A stretch of 64,000 nucleotides of DNA from assembly GCA_963823665.1 (NCBI GenBank), contig CAWGMQ010000006.1:928001-992000 (forward strand), read 5' to 3'. How positions within the stretch are numbered: the stretch's first letter is position 1; each line of letters begins with the position of its first letter. Shown here in pieces: positions 1-9,657 of this stretch. The notes under the pieces were generated by a model. That model saw nothing but the letters and a program-made list of their open reading frames with translations. It searched no databases and had not been told where the DNA came from. Both the position numbers and the translations under genes were made by a program. Origin of the DNA: an uncultured Planctomycetota bacterium (lineage in GTDB: Bacteria; Planctomycetota; Planctomycetia; Isosphaerales; Isosphaeraceae).

Positions 1-227
1 ACCGTCCGCCCGTCTGGGCCTTTCAGTACCCAGAAAGTCATGGCGAGGTCGACTTTCCGCTGCGGTTCGGCCCCCTGCACGAGGAAAGAGACTGGACAGC
101 CGGGACACGTGCCATACCGGACAGCATACACCTCGTAGGGCGGCGGCTCGTCGGCCCGTGCATCGAGTCCATAGAGGCCGCTGACTCCAGTCATGACGAT
201 GAGGGCGAGGAACCGTCGATGTGGCAT
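1..227 (-). CDS. MBL-fold metallo-hydrolase / N-acyl homoserine lactonase family protein, 5' part only (runs off window)
   Basis: Manual translation from ATG at 227: MPHRRFLALIVMTGVSGLYGLDARADEPPPYEVYAVRYGTCPGCPVSFLVQGAEPQRKVDLAMTFWVLKGPDGRT. Signal-peptide-like start, and YEVYAVRY...WVLKG resembles the family N-terminus. The HxHxDH motif is not within the window. Confidence 0.6.
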   Translation of the reverse strand, partial: MPHRRFLALIVMTGVSGLYGLDARADEPPPYEVYAVRYGTCPGCPVSFLVQGAEPQRKVDLAMTFWVLKGPDGRT

Positions 228-341
228 GAAAAGCTCGCAAGACAGAACGGGGATAGGCCGTGTAGTCGGACACAGGCTCGACAACGACGCCGCGCCATAG
301 TATAGGCAGTTGGATTGCGCCGGCGAAGAGGGTGGTGACTC

Positions 342-548
342 ATGCCCCGTCCGAGGGCGTTCCGGGAACTTCGACTGCTCAACGGCTCAACCGGCGACCC
401 GTGTCTGCTCGTCGACGATCAGGGCAAGGAATTAGACCGAGTGCATGTGAGCATCGAAAGAGGACGACCATGCAAGACGTTACTGGTCCACATCGAAGAT
501 CGCGGCGTGTCTTGCCCGCTTCCTGAGGTTGATTCTGATCTGATCTGA
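342..548 (+). pseudogene. Short ORF, possible remnant of an RNase Z-like MBL hydrolase N-terminus
   Basis: RLLNGSTGDPCLLVD resembles the RLVNG..GDP.L.VD start of that family (recalled, not searched). Only 68 aa, with no metal motif. Confidence 0.3.
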
Positions 549-560
549 TCTGATCCGATC
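536..560. repeat. Pentanucleotide tandem repeat (TGATC)x4 + CGATC
   Basis: Read directly: tgatc tgatc tgatc tgatc cgatc. Confidence 0.85.
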
Positions 561-685
561 TGCGAGCATCTGCGTCGAACTGCGGACCAAACTCCTGGTC
601 CCACGTTCTTCCACACGCGATTCGATCCGCCGGCAGCGTTCACCGCAAATCCCTTCACCGGCCCTGGACTCGCTCCCCTCCCATC

Positions 686-720
686 TCGTTTCGTGTGTTT
701 CGCGTATTTCGTGGTTCAAA
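686..720 (-). repeat. REP-like triple 9-mer element (AACCACGAAA-type)
   Basis: Reverse complement is TTTGAACCACGAAATACGCGAAACACACGAAACGA. Related elements lie at 7749, 16489, 42615 and 44751. Confidence 0.7.
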
Positions 721-918
721 GCTGTTCCTCTCGATCGGTGCACACCAGCCAGCAGCCTGGGATCGCTCCGTGGTCTGGCTGATCCTCAACAACCCCGCCA
801 ACACGACGGTGCAGCGTGTTTCCGGCGACTGCGCTGTGGCGATCGGTTGTGATCCGGACCCCAATCGGTTACGATGATCGCCCCACTGACAGTTGTCGAT
901 GGTGCGAGATCGTGATCG

Positions 919-1893
919 ATGAAAAGCATGGGTTGGCTCTTCCTGGCGATCCTCACCGCGTATGGCTGCGCCGTGGTCGCGCCGCTCGTGCGATACAGGT
1001 TTCGGGGAAGGGTCGGCGCGTTCGTCGGCTGGTGCATTGTGCCGATTGTCCTGGTTTGCCCGTTGCTCATTCCGTCGGCGAATGTAGGGCTGCGGGCCGC
1101 GTGCGCGTTCGCATCGATCGACATCACCTTCAAGATGGTCGAGTATTTTCGCCATTGGAGCAATCTGGAGCGGAGCAGAGTCCTTCGCGAGTACTTTCGC
1201 TTCTTGATCCCGTTCCCGGTATTCTCCGTCGTCTATCCCGATCATAAGCGGCGATTGCTGCGTCCGGAGAGCCCGTGGCCGCAGGTTCTGCGTCTCTTCG
1301 GTGGGATCGTCGGTTTCACCATTGCCTTCCTGGCGGTGAGTGCTCTCTCCAGCATTCCACTGCTCCGATCGAGCTTCGCGCTCAACCATGCTGCGATCTT
1401 GCCGATCTTCGTGCTCGCCATCGAATCGCTTTCGCGAGCGTTGTACGGGCTCGAACGCCTCGCCGGATTCGACACAACCCCGATTGTCCGAAACGCGTAC
1501 CTGTCGCGGACCGTCTCCGAGTTCTGGCGACGGTACAATTACCGGACGCATGACTGGCTCTACCGCAACGTTTTCCAACCGACCGGTGGCCGACGCGCCC
1601 CGGTCCGATCCATTCTGCTGGTGTTTCTCGTCAGCGGTTTATTCCACGAAGTAACGTTCGCGCTGGCGACCTCGCGACTGACCGGCTATCAGCTCGCGTT
1701 CTTCACAATCCAGGGTCCGGCAGTGCTGGTCTCGGGCCGCCTCGAGCGCCTGGCCAGGCGAGGAGGGCTTGCGGGCAGGATCATGGCCCACGGGACTACC
1801 ATCCTCTTCATCGCCGTCACGTCGGTGCTGTTCTTCGACGGCGTCAGCAAGGTTTTCCCGTTCGTCTATGCCAGCCAGTCGCCGCTGCCGTAG
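919..1893 (+). CDS. MBOAT / wax synthase family membrane-bound O-acyltransferase
   Basis: Multi-TM 324 aa protein with S.TVSEFWRRYN...HDWL and VFLVSGLFHE (catalytic His) motifs. Confidence 0.85.
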   Translation: MKSMGWLFLAILTAYGCAVVAPLVRYRFRGRVGAFVGWCIVPIVLVCPLLIPSANVGLRAACAFASIDITFKMVEYFRHWSNLERSRVLREYFRFLIPFPVFSVVYPDHKRRLLRPESPWPQVLRLFGGIVGFTIAFLAVSALSSIPLLRSSFALNHAAILPIFVLAIESLSRALYGLERLAGFDTTPIVRNAYLSRTVSEFWRRYNYRTHDWLYRNVFQPTGGRRAPVRSILLVFLVSGLFHEVTFALATSRLTGYQLAFFTIQGPAVLVSGRLERLARRGGLAGRIMAHGTTILFIAVTSVLFFDGVSKVFPFVYASQSPLP

Positions 1894-2728
1894 GACGCGT
1901 TCGCAAAAACCGAAGGCCACGGGCTCGCAGCATCAGGCAGGGGATCGTCATGAACAGGACTTGCGCCGACGTGACACCGGCGTACCATTGCGAACTGAAC
2001 AAGAGCGGGGCGTACCGAGCGGCCAAGACGTAGACGAGTCCGCCCGTCGGAGCGACGACCAGGAGCGCCACCGCCCTGAGAAGGACCGGCGATGAACCGA
2101 GACACGCCCAGAGGACCGTCAGTGCGACGATCGCCGCGGCGCACCCGCCGGCGACGTTGATTGCGACAACGATCGTCCCCAGGGTGGTGGGTTGCGTGCC
2201 GCGCACCACCGCCAGAAGCAGCGCCACTGCGGCTGTAAATACCAGTATGTCGAATATCGAGAACCGCAGAGCATTGTTCGACCCAGGATTCCCCTTCCAT
2301 TGCTCCCCAGCGTCAATAAACGCCAGGCCGTACCTCAATGACCGAGCGGCGAGCAATGCGACGACCAGGCATCCTGCCTGCACGCCGAACATCAGGAGCA
2401 ACTGGCCGATCAAGAATCCATCCCAGTCGAAAAACGGATTGAAGAACAGGCCCATCACCGCAACTCCTGCCACCAGCGCCGAAGCCCGTCGGGTCCAGTG
2501 CAGGGCTGCCCAGGCGACCAGGATCGACGAAAGTCCCAGAAGCGCCGCACAAAGCCCGAACGAGATCATCAGACTCAGGCTCGCCTGTGTATGCGGAGGC
2601 CCTAACGCCCAGTGCCACCTGACCATCACGCTGAGAGTCAGTAAGTAGACCGCCAGAGTCGCAGCGAGAACCCAACTTAGGCGGAACCTTGTTGGAGCCA
2701 TTGGCGTGAGGCACACTCGTTTCGACAA
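1844..2728 (-). CDS. Hypothetical multi-pass membrane protein
   Basis: About 8 hydrophobic segments and an internal RFSIFDILVFTA planctomycete-type motif. Start uncertain (ATG near 2701). Confidence 0.7.
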   Translation of the reverse strand: MSKRVCLTPMAPTRFRLSWVLAATLAVYLLTLSVMVRWHWALGPPHTQASLSLMISFGLCAALLGLSSILVAWAALHWTRRASALVAGVAVMGLFFNPFFDWDGFLIGQLLLMFGVQAGCLVVALLAARSLRYGLAFIDAGEQWKGNPGSNNALRFSIFDILVFTAAVALLLAVVRGTQPTTLGTIVVAINVAGGCAAAIVALTVLWACLGSSPVLLRAVALLVVAPTGGLVYVLAARYAPLLFSSQWYAGVTSAQVLFMTIPCLMLRARGLRFLRTRPTAAATGWHRRTGKPC

Positions 2729-2820
2729 TTGAGCAGAATCTTGACGTCGAGCGTCTCGTCACCGCTACCGAATCGACTGCCGATGCCTTTGGACGTGAAG
2801 TCACTCAATTATTTCTTGAG

Positions 2821-2945
2821 TCAGCCCACGTCGTCCTTGTCGACGAGAACCTGCACGTCGACGTGAGGTAGCAGCCGTCGCAGTCGCTCGACGGCCGCGG
2901 GCTTGATCCAGGTCGCCATGAGCTTCAGTTCGCGCAGGTCTGCGC
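2821..2945 (-). pseudogene. Orphan C-terminal fragment of a leucine-rich-repeat protein
   Basis: Minus strand reads DLRELKLMATWIKPAAVERLRRLLPHVDVQVLVDKDDVG*, like the last LRR plus capping segment. No upstream repeats are present. Confidence 0.4.
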
Positions 2946-2975
2946 ACAACTCGGCTGCGTTCGGAACACTCTCAA

Positions 2976-3266
2976 TCAGATTATATCCCAGCCCCGCTCC
3001 GGGTAGGCGGCCTCGACTTCATCGAGCACCTTCGACCAGAGCTCGACCATCGCCGTGTGCAAATCCGCGCCGCTGAAATCGCCGATCTTCGCCTCGAATT
3101 CGACTCTCGAGATTGTTGCGACTTTGATGGGCGGCGGGTTCAATCCTTTGCTGATGCCCATGGACCGGAGCGACTCGCCCAGATGCTGATCCAATCTGGC
3201 GATGAAGGCGGGCGAGTCCAGTCCGCGGTCCTCCGGGGACCGGTCGTTTTTTTTCCATGTGAGCAT
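2976..3266 (-). CDS. Hypothetical protein (~96 aa)
   Basis: GGAG RBS before the ATG at 3266 (MLTWKKNDRSPEDRG...), preceded by the shared 45-bp element. Confidence 0.6.
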   Translation of the reverse strand: MLTWKKNDRSPEDRGLDSPAFIARLDQHLGESLRSMGISKGLNPPPIKVATISRVEFEAKIGDFSGADLHTAMVELWSKVLDEVEAAYPERGWDII

Positions 3267-3309
3267 GGCTTCACTCCGTGCCTCGAAAATCGCTCGAAAG
3301 TCGTCTTCT

Positions 3310-3354
3310 GATTGTATGCAGCCTCCCCTTGCTCGGCGAGCCCTGGTGAACTCT
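3310..3354 (-). promoter_or_regulatory. 45-bp upstream element, copy 1 (contains TACAAT -10-like box)
   Basis: 42/45 identical to 7571-7615. Both copies lie 45-50 bp upstream of minus-strand start codons. Confidence 0.65.
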
Positions 3355-3525
3355 GATACGTGCGGGATGAACTGACCCTCCGTGTAGGAGCAATTCACCG
3401 CCTTGTTTGTGATCAAAGCTGAGAATAGGATAAAAACCACTCCCGAGGCCCTTGCCGGTCGTGAGCATAGGCGAGTTCACAGCGTTCGGGCGCGAATCCA
3501 ACCCACGATGTCACGAAGGTGAACA

Positions 3526-4521
3526 ATGTCCCGACTCGTCGTCAGATCATCGCTGTTTCTGCTGGTCACCGGGGTGCTGTTGTGGTCCCGGAATGTCTTC
3601 GCTCAGGATGTGGCGGTCGGAAAAACCGCCGAGCGGGTGTCTCAACAACCCGCTTCGACGGATGTCGCGTCTCGAGCCTACCGGCCGCGGGACGTCGAAG
3701 TACCGGACGCTGTCCGGATCAAGAGACCAACTGCCCAGGAGTTGGCGATCGCGGAGAAAGTGCTTGCGGATTTCAAGGAGTCTGCTGATCCGCGGGTGAA
3801 GGCGGTCTTGAAGACCTTCCCGACGCTGGTCGAAGTGCGCGTTCCCCGACCAAATTCAGCGATTGTTCCCGGATTGGCTCCGTTTTTCCGGCAGAAGCAC
3901 GACGCAAATGTCGCCGTCGCGAAGCAAGGGAAGGCCGAGCTTCTGCTCTTGGGCGATTCGATCACGGATTTCTGGCGAAACGAACGTGGCCCGTTCGCGG
4001 GCAAGCAGGTGCTGGACAAGCATTTTGGGCGCTGGAACGTGGCGAACTTCGGCATCGCCGGCGACACAACTCAGGGGGTATTGTATCGACTTCAATACGG
4101 TGAAGGAGAAGGGTTTTCTCCCAGGGCAGTCATGTTGATGATCGGAACAAATAACACAGGTAGAAACACGGCAGAAGAAATTGCCGAGGGCATTGGCGCT
4201 GTAGTCTCGATGCTGCGAAAGTGCTTTCCGGAGTCCAGGATTTTGCTCCTTGGGGTCTTTCCTCGAAGTCGAGCGAATGATCCCGTTCGCCAGACCATTC
4301 GCGAAATCAACAACACGATCTCCAAACTCGACGATGGCGACAAGATTCACTACCTCGACATTGGTGCCCGATTTCTGAATTCGGATGGAAACATCCCAGC
4401 GGATGTAATGAGTGACGCCCTGCATCCCTCGAGCAAAGGCTACGAGATCTGGGCAGACGCTGTCGGAACCACCCTGAGCAAACTCATGGACGGTGGGGCT
4501 GGGCGAAAGACCAGTCCCTGA
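3526..4521 (+). CDS. Secreted SGNH/GDSL hydrolase (PAF-acetylhydrolase-like)
   Basis: Signal peptide; GDSIT, NFGIAGD, GTNN and DALHP blocks. Confidence 0.92.
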   Translation: MSRLVVRSSLFLLVTGVLLWSRNVFAQDVAVGKTAERVSQQPASTDVASRAYRPRDVEVPDAVRIKRPTAQELAIAEKVLADFKESADPRVKAVLKTFPTLVEVRVPRPNSAIVPGLAPFFRQKHDANVAVAKQGKAELLLLGDSITDFWRNERGPFAGKQVLDKHFGRWNVANFGIAGDTTQGVLYRLQYGEGEGFSPRAVMLMIGTNNTGRNTAEEIAEGIGAVVSMLRKCFPESRILLLGVFPRSRANDPVRQTIREINNTISKLDDGDKIHYLDIGARFLNSDGNIPADVMSDALHPSSKGYEIWADAVGTTLSKLMDGGAGRKTSP

Positions 4522-4544
4522 GGGCCGCTGCAAGCGAATTCAAG

Positions 4545-5000
4545 ATGCCAAGGGTGCGCGTTCTTGTGGACAACGCGGGTGCCAAACTCTCGAGACGTCT
4601 GCGTGTGATTCCGCGACGGTTGCGGACCATCGCGTCGCTCGTGGACCATGCTCGGTACCCGAGCGTTTTTCGCGCTCTTTGGCCCAAACGTTTGTCGACG
4701 CGGCACCTCATGATTCTCGTCGCAGTCGTGGGTGTATTCCTCGGCGTGTTGAGACTGTGGCTTGACGTCTCGTACCGTCGGCAGAAAGCCGCATTCCACG
4801 AGGAAATGGCTGCGCTTCACAGAGGCCGGCGACCCCCGACCATGAAGGCTGCTGCCTTCCGTCGCTTGATGGCAGTCATGCCTCGACACCCGGAACTGGC
4901 CGTTCTCCATTCTCGAATGAAAGAGAAATGGCAAGACGCGGCCGCTCACCCCTGGCAGCCGGTCGAAGCCGATCCAGCCAACCTGATTGAACATCCTTGA
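4545..5000 (+). CDS. Hypothetical membrane-anchored protein, 'PWxPVxxDP' C-terminal family
   Basis: LSTRHLMILVAVVG TM leader and C-terminal KWQDAAAHPWQPVEADP. Paralogues at 45196 and 55088. Confidence 0.7.
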   Translation: MPRVRVLVDNAGAKLSRRLRVIPRRLRTIASLVDHARYPSVFRALWPKRLSTRHLMILVAVVGVFLGVLRLWLDVSYRRQKAAFHEEMAALHRGRRPPTMKAAAFRRLMAVMPRHPELAVLHSRMKEKWQDAAAHPWQPVEADPANLIEHP

Positions 5001-5012
5001 AGTCGGGAGAGG

Positions 5013-7521
5013 CTATTTGCTTCCTGACACCTTTTCTCCATTCAGCGCCTTTTCGAGCCACTGGTTGTCGTGCAGCCTGGCCGCTGTCTTCTGAGATGAA
5101 AGAGTGATGGCAGTTCGCGGGAGCGATTCCGTGTTCAGGTAGGACAGGGCCAAGTCCTTCATCATCTCGACCATCATGCGGGTCTGAAACGACTGTATCT
5201 TGCCTCCGCGCCAGAAGATCGACTTGACGCGCTCGGCGACGATCCGGAACAGGCGAATGTCAACGAGTGGTGACGTGGCTTTGTCCTTCCGTGTCAAGCT
5301 CCCAACCTGCGCTGCGATCTCGCACGCGGCGGCCGCGGCAGAATGAATGGTGAATGACGGGTACCGCTTGGAGTATTCCTCACACAGTTTATTGATTCTT
5401 GCGAGCGTCTCAGCCGCCAGCCGGTCTTCCAGGGGTCGAGCCCAGTCGAGTGCCGCTCGCAGGTACAAGTCGTCGAATCGGCGCACGCTTTGAGCCGCTG
5501 AGTCTCGGCTTGAGATGCATGCGCGCGCCGCCGCCCCGAGCGCCTCACGCAACTCGGGTTTGTCCATGAGCTCCCGCAGACAATCAGCCAGCTTGTCCGC
5601 ATCTCCCGGTGGGAAGAGCAAGCCGGTCTGACGGTCCGTCAGCATTTCGGGGATGCCTCCCGTGTTCGACGCCACGATCGCCTTGCCGCTGGCCATCGCC
5701 TCGAGTACGACATATCCCATCGGCTCGTACAGCGAAGGCACCACCACGATATCCGAGGCAGCGTAGCACTCAGCGACCCTTCGTACGTCCGCCCCCACCT
5801 CCTCCATCTTGTAAGTTCCACCGGCATCGTCGAAGGGTTTCAAATCGACCTTGTACCGCTCCTGCGCAAACGACAGGTAGTGCTCACCATCGTGTGCACT
5901 GTCGCTGGGTTTACTGTCCCGGAAACCTGAACCGACAATCAGCAGTAGAAACTTCCGCTTCTCTTTCTGCAATGCAGTACAACTCTCGAATAGCACTTCG
6001 AGGCCTTTGCGTCGGTCCGGTCTCCCGACAAACGCGATCGTGAGCAGATCCTTCAGTTCCGAGCTCCTCCGGATGAGAACCCGTCGGCGTTTTGTTCTCC
6101 ACGGCACGGCTGAACGGACCGCTATCGAACGGCGCGGGGAATACCTCGACATCGGTGGCGCCCAACTGCTTGAGTTCCTCGCTATGGAAAGATGATATTA
6201 CGTTGATGTAATCTAGGTTAAGACACGCTTCGGTTTCGGCGCGCCTGAGATCGCGCAATTCCGTGAGCGTGTTCGGCTCCAGGTTTCCGTCGAAGACTCC
6301 GCGCGTGAACGCCAGGTCCGTTGACAGCAGGCTGTGGGACGTGCAAACGGTCCGGAACCCGGCCAGCGCCGCCTGCTCGGCAAATGCCAGGAAATGCACG
6401 TGAACCACGTCCGGCACCCGCTCGCCAGGAGAACGCCTGGCACGGAGCTTCTCAAGCGCGCTGGTCACCGCCGATCGGAAGAAATAGTAGCTGGCGGGGT
6501 AAACCAGGTCGCGCGGGACGTAGCTTTCACCTTTCGCGTCCTTGTACATGAACTGGTCGAAGACCTCGATCACCTCATGTGTGTGATGGGTCAGCGGTTC
6601 AGCTTGATCTCCTTGTTTTTCGTTCGTGATCAACGACAGGAATGTCTCGATGCCCCCGTATTCGAGCTTGGGGGTACTGGACCAGCTCGGGTATTTGAAT
6701 GCCAGGTGAACGATGTGAAGCTTGGTGGGCAGGCCGGAAGCGATGTCGTACAACAGGGCCGCCGTGTCGGGGGCCGAGAACGCATCGATGCCGGACTGGC
6801 CAAAATCGTAGCGGCAGCGCTCCAGGTCATTCTCATCAAAGACGGCTGCGTAAGACCTGGCTTTCAAACCCGGGTCAATGCCGCGCCGTGCGTGGGCGAG
6901 CAGTTGGAGGAAATTGTAGTCCTGGAGGGAATAGCCAATGAAGATGAAGGGACGGGTTCTCGCCACAGACCGCACGTGCTCCAGAAGCGCTTCTCGCCGG
7001 GGGTCGGTCTCGAAGTTGACGTAGTCTTCCTTGGTGATCACGAGAAGCTCGGGGTGATGGAAGTCGCCATGGAGCTTGATCAACCGCGGCCGGCCTTCGG
7101 ACTTGAGCTGGAGCTGAGGGCCCGTCACGATCACATCGATTTCGACCCCGACCTGCTGGCATGCGCTCTCGATTAGCGTATCGTAGTTCGTAGTGATCAC
7201 ATCGGAAATATGCTTGTGCTTCAGCAGCCACGCGATCAAGAAATGTGATGGGCTCAGATCGGAGCCCCCCGTGGCATTGAGCAGGCTCCGGAGTTTGAGC
7301 GATAGTGTGCGGCGGCCGTGTATTCGGACAATCGTTTCGGCGACCTCCTGAAGGTTGTCATTCTGAAGGCCGGGCAATTTCAGGGTCGTGGTCAACTTGC
7401 TGGCAAGTTCCTTCGCCGTCGGGAGCCTTGCCGCCACCGACACGCCGGCGCCGACAAACAGCACCGCATCCCCGCCGTTGATGGCTTCCCGGAGTGCCGC
7501 CGAAACTGAGGGCGAGGGCAT
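5013..7521 (-). CDS. SIR2-like (SIR2_2) domain fused to GT4/GT-B glycosyltransferase, ~835 aa, one frameshift near 6057
   Basis: SIR2 motifs VLFVGAGVS, ITTNYD, KLHGD, FIGYSLQD. GT4 N-domain GGIETF and DVVHVH. GT C-domain FVGRPDRRKG and VVPSLYEPMGYVVLEAMASGKAIVASNTGG. AGGAG RBS before ATG 7521. Removing one A from GGAACTG joins the frames as EELG-LKDLLTIAFVGR. Confidence 0.85.
5021..5036 (+). repeat. REP-like element TTCCTGACACCTTTTC (copies at 12386, 14114, 16634, 16680, 16701)
   Basis: Read directly; overlaps the last codons of the SIR2-GT gene. Confidence 0.7.
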
Positions 7522-7570
7522 TGCTCGATCTCCTGTAGGCTCGATTTCTTTCGTTTTGCTTAATGCTAGC

Positions 7571-7615
7571 GATTGTACGCAGCCTCCCATTGCTCCGCGA
7601 GCCCTGGTGAACTCT
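7571..7615 (-). promoter_or_regulatory. 45-bp upstream element, copy 2, in front of SIR2-GT gene
   Basis: Near-identical to 3310-3354; TACAAT lies about 50 bp before ATG 7521. Confidence 0.65.
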
Positions 7616-7748
7616 CGAACGTCGCGTCATCGGATTGAGGAGTCGAACGAACAGACGAGATCTTTGCTCGGGGGCCGTTTGTGTTGGAGTGCAGCGTGAA
7701 AGAAATCTTTGTTCTTGGGGCTTCTGTGTCGGGAGCAGGGAGAGCTTG

Positions 7749-7775
7749 GAACAGAAGGAAACGAAGGTAACGAAG
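7749..7775 (+). repeat. REP-like triple 9-mer element (GAACAGAAGG type)
   Basis: GAACAGAAGGAAACGAAGGTAACGAAG; similar to the minus-strand elements at 42615-42650 and 44751-44784. Confidence 0.7.
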
Positions 7776-7953
7776 TTGGGAGTTGTCAGGTCGAGCGCGC
7801 AGCGGGCGCGGTTGAGGGCGGGCGAGGGGTACGAGGTGGGGATCACCGGCGACGTACCGGTACAAACGTGATTTTCCAGGCTTGCACAGGCGCAAAGCGG
7901 AGATGTTCGGTCGGGTGGGACCGGAATGATGAGGAAGTCAAATTTGGCGGGAG

Positions 7954-9303
7954 CTATTCACTCATGGCCAGACGGTGCTTCGCGATCGTTGCGGGGGACA
8001 CCGGCTCGGCGCCGTTGGGGGCTCGGAGCGTGTTCAAGAAGTCGATGAGCGCGGCCCGATCGTCCGCGGGGAGCTTGAGGTACATGGCCGTCACGGCCTC
8101 CGCATCGCCATGATGGCGCAGGACCGCTGACTCCAGTGTCGGCGAGCCGCCGTCGTGAAAATATGGGGCGGAATCCGCCACCCCCCAGAGGAGGGGCGTC
8201 TTCCACTCCTCGGGCAGCGGGTAATCCTCCGGCAACGGGACCGGGGGCGTCTCGCGGTAGCCGCCGGCGCCTCCGCCTCCGCCTGGCGATCGGTCGTCGA
8301 GGCGGTGGAGCAGGAAGTCGGAGTAGACGCCCTCGACTCCCGCCACGTCCGGGGTATGACACACCGCACAGCCGATCCCGCGGAACAGGGCCTTGCCGCG
8401 CTCGGATCGGCGCCGCGCTTCGGGGTCGGCCGGCGCGGCCTCGACCGGGCGCGGCAGCGTGTCGACGAATGCCACCAGCGAGCGGAACTGGGCGTCCGTC
8501 AGGTCGCGCTCGACCTGCGGATAATCCAGGCGCACCATTGGCCTGGCCTGCTCCATGCGCGGGTTGCCGAGACCGATCTCGTTGGCGCACGCGGCGGCGA
8601 CGAAATCCTCCAGAGTGGCGAACTGGGCCTTCCAGCCGAACTTGCCCACGCGTCCGTCGGGGAGCACGCGCGGCCGCCCCGGCACCACCCCACCCAGATT
8701 GCCGACGATCTCGTTGCTGACCGCGGCGGTTGAGGTCGTCAGGCTCTGGTAGCGGATCGTCTTGGCCGAGATCCGGTCGATCCAGCCGGCGCCGAAGAGG
8801 GCCGTGGAATTCACGGTCTCGGTATGAACCGGGTCGAAATCCTGCGTGAAGACCTTGCACCCGCCCTCGACCCGGGTCCCGCCGGGAACGATCGGGAAGA
8901 ACTTGGTGAGCTCGCCGCGCCCCTCGAGGAAATGGTTGGCGACGGCGAAGCGATGGATCAAGCCGCCCTTGACCTCGGGCCGATCCTGGGTCGGGAACGC
9001 CTCGAAGGCCAGGACGTTGTGCTTGTTGTCGCCGCCCCCGCCGGCTCCTCCCTGGAAATGGCACTCGACGCACGACCGAGCATTGAAGACCGGCCCGAGC
9101 CCGTCACCTCGGGCCAATGGGTCGTGCGGCTGCCAATCGTGCTCGAACAGCTCCAGCCCTGCCGCAACGACCTCGGCCGAGGCCTGCGGGCCGCGCCAGA
9201 CGGGCAGCCCGGGCGTGAAGATCCACAGGACCGCGAACGCAGCGAGCCCGAACAGTCCCATTCCGACCCAGCGGCGAATTCGCGCGAATGGCGAGTCGTA
9301 CAT
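7954..9303 (-). CDS. Di-haem oxidoreductase family (DHOR/DUF1111) c-type cytochrome
   Basis: N-terminal TM; GLGPVFNARSCVECH, GKFGWKAQ, GCAVCH, EWKTPLLWG, PYFHDG; two CxxCH motifs. Start placed at MYDSPF (9303). Confidence 0.9.
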   Translation of the reverse strand: MYDSPFARIRRWVGMGLFGLAAFAVLWIFTPGLPVWRGPQASAEVVAAGLELFEHDWQPHDPLARGDGLGPVFNARSCVECHFQGGAGGGGDNKHNVLAFEAFPTQDRPEVKGGLIHRFAVANHFLEGRGELTKFFPIVPGGTRVEGGCKVFTQDFDPVHTETVNSTALFGAGWIDRISAKTIRYQSLTTSTAAVSNEIVGNLGGVVPGRPRVLPDGRVGKFGWKAQFATLEDFVAAACANEIGLGNPRMEQARPMVRLDYPQVERDLTDAQFRSLVAFVDTLPRPVEAAPADPEARRRSERGKALFRGIGCAVCHTPDVAGVEGVYSDFLLHRLDDRSPGGGGGAGGYRETPPVPLPEDYPLPEEWKTPLLWGVADSAPYFHDGGSPTLESAVLRHHGDAEAVTAMYLKLPADDRAALIDFLNTLRAPNGAEPVSPATIAKHRLAMSE

Positions 9304-9602
9304 CGCAGCCCTCCCGAACAGGTGGAACGCCCGCGCGGGCGTGAGGATGAAGAAGAGCTTCCACGACGGGTTTACTCCGACAACTGTAGTGAGATGCCCG
9401 GGAGAATTCAAGGGGTCACTGGCGGTGATGCTGGGTTCGAGGCTGGAGATGATTGGTGGATTGGCCCGGCGGCGCCCCTTGCTGAGCCAGCCCTGATCAT
9501 GGGGAACGCTTCGCGATGAGATGCGTGAGCAATCGCTCAGCCGCTTGGAAAGGGCTGATGCCGACGGACGATCGCGAAGCGACCGGAGGACGACAAAACG
9601 CC

Positions 9603-9630
9603 TTGACAGTGTACGGTGAAGTGCCGTGCA
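9603..9630 (+). promoter_or_regulatory. Promoter/operator of the TA operon
   Basis: TTGACA at 9603-9608 followed by the inverted repeat TGTACGG-N7-CCGTGCA, as expected for an RHH antitoxin operator. Confidence 0.65.
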
Positions 9631-9657
9631 GTGTGATCTAACGGAAAGAGAGGTATT

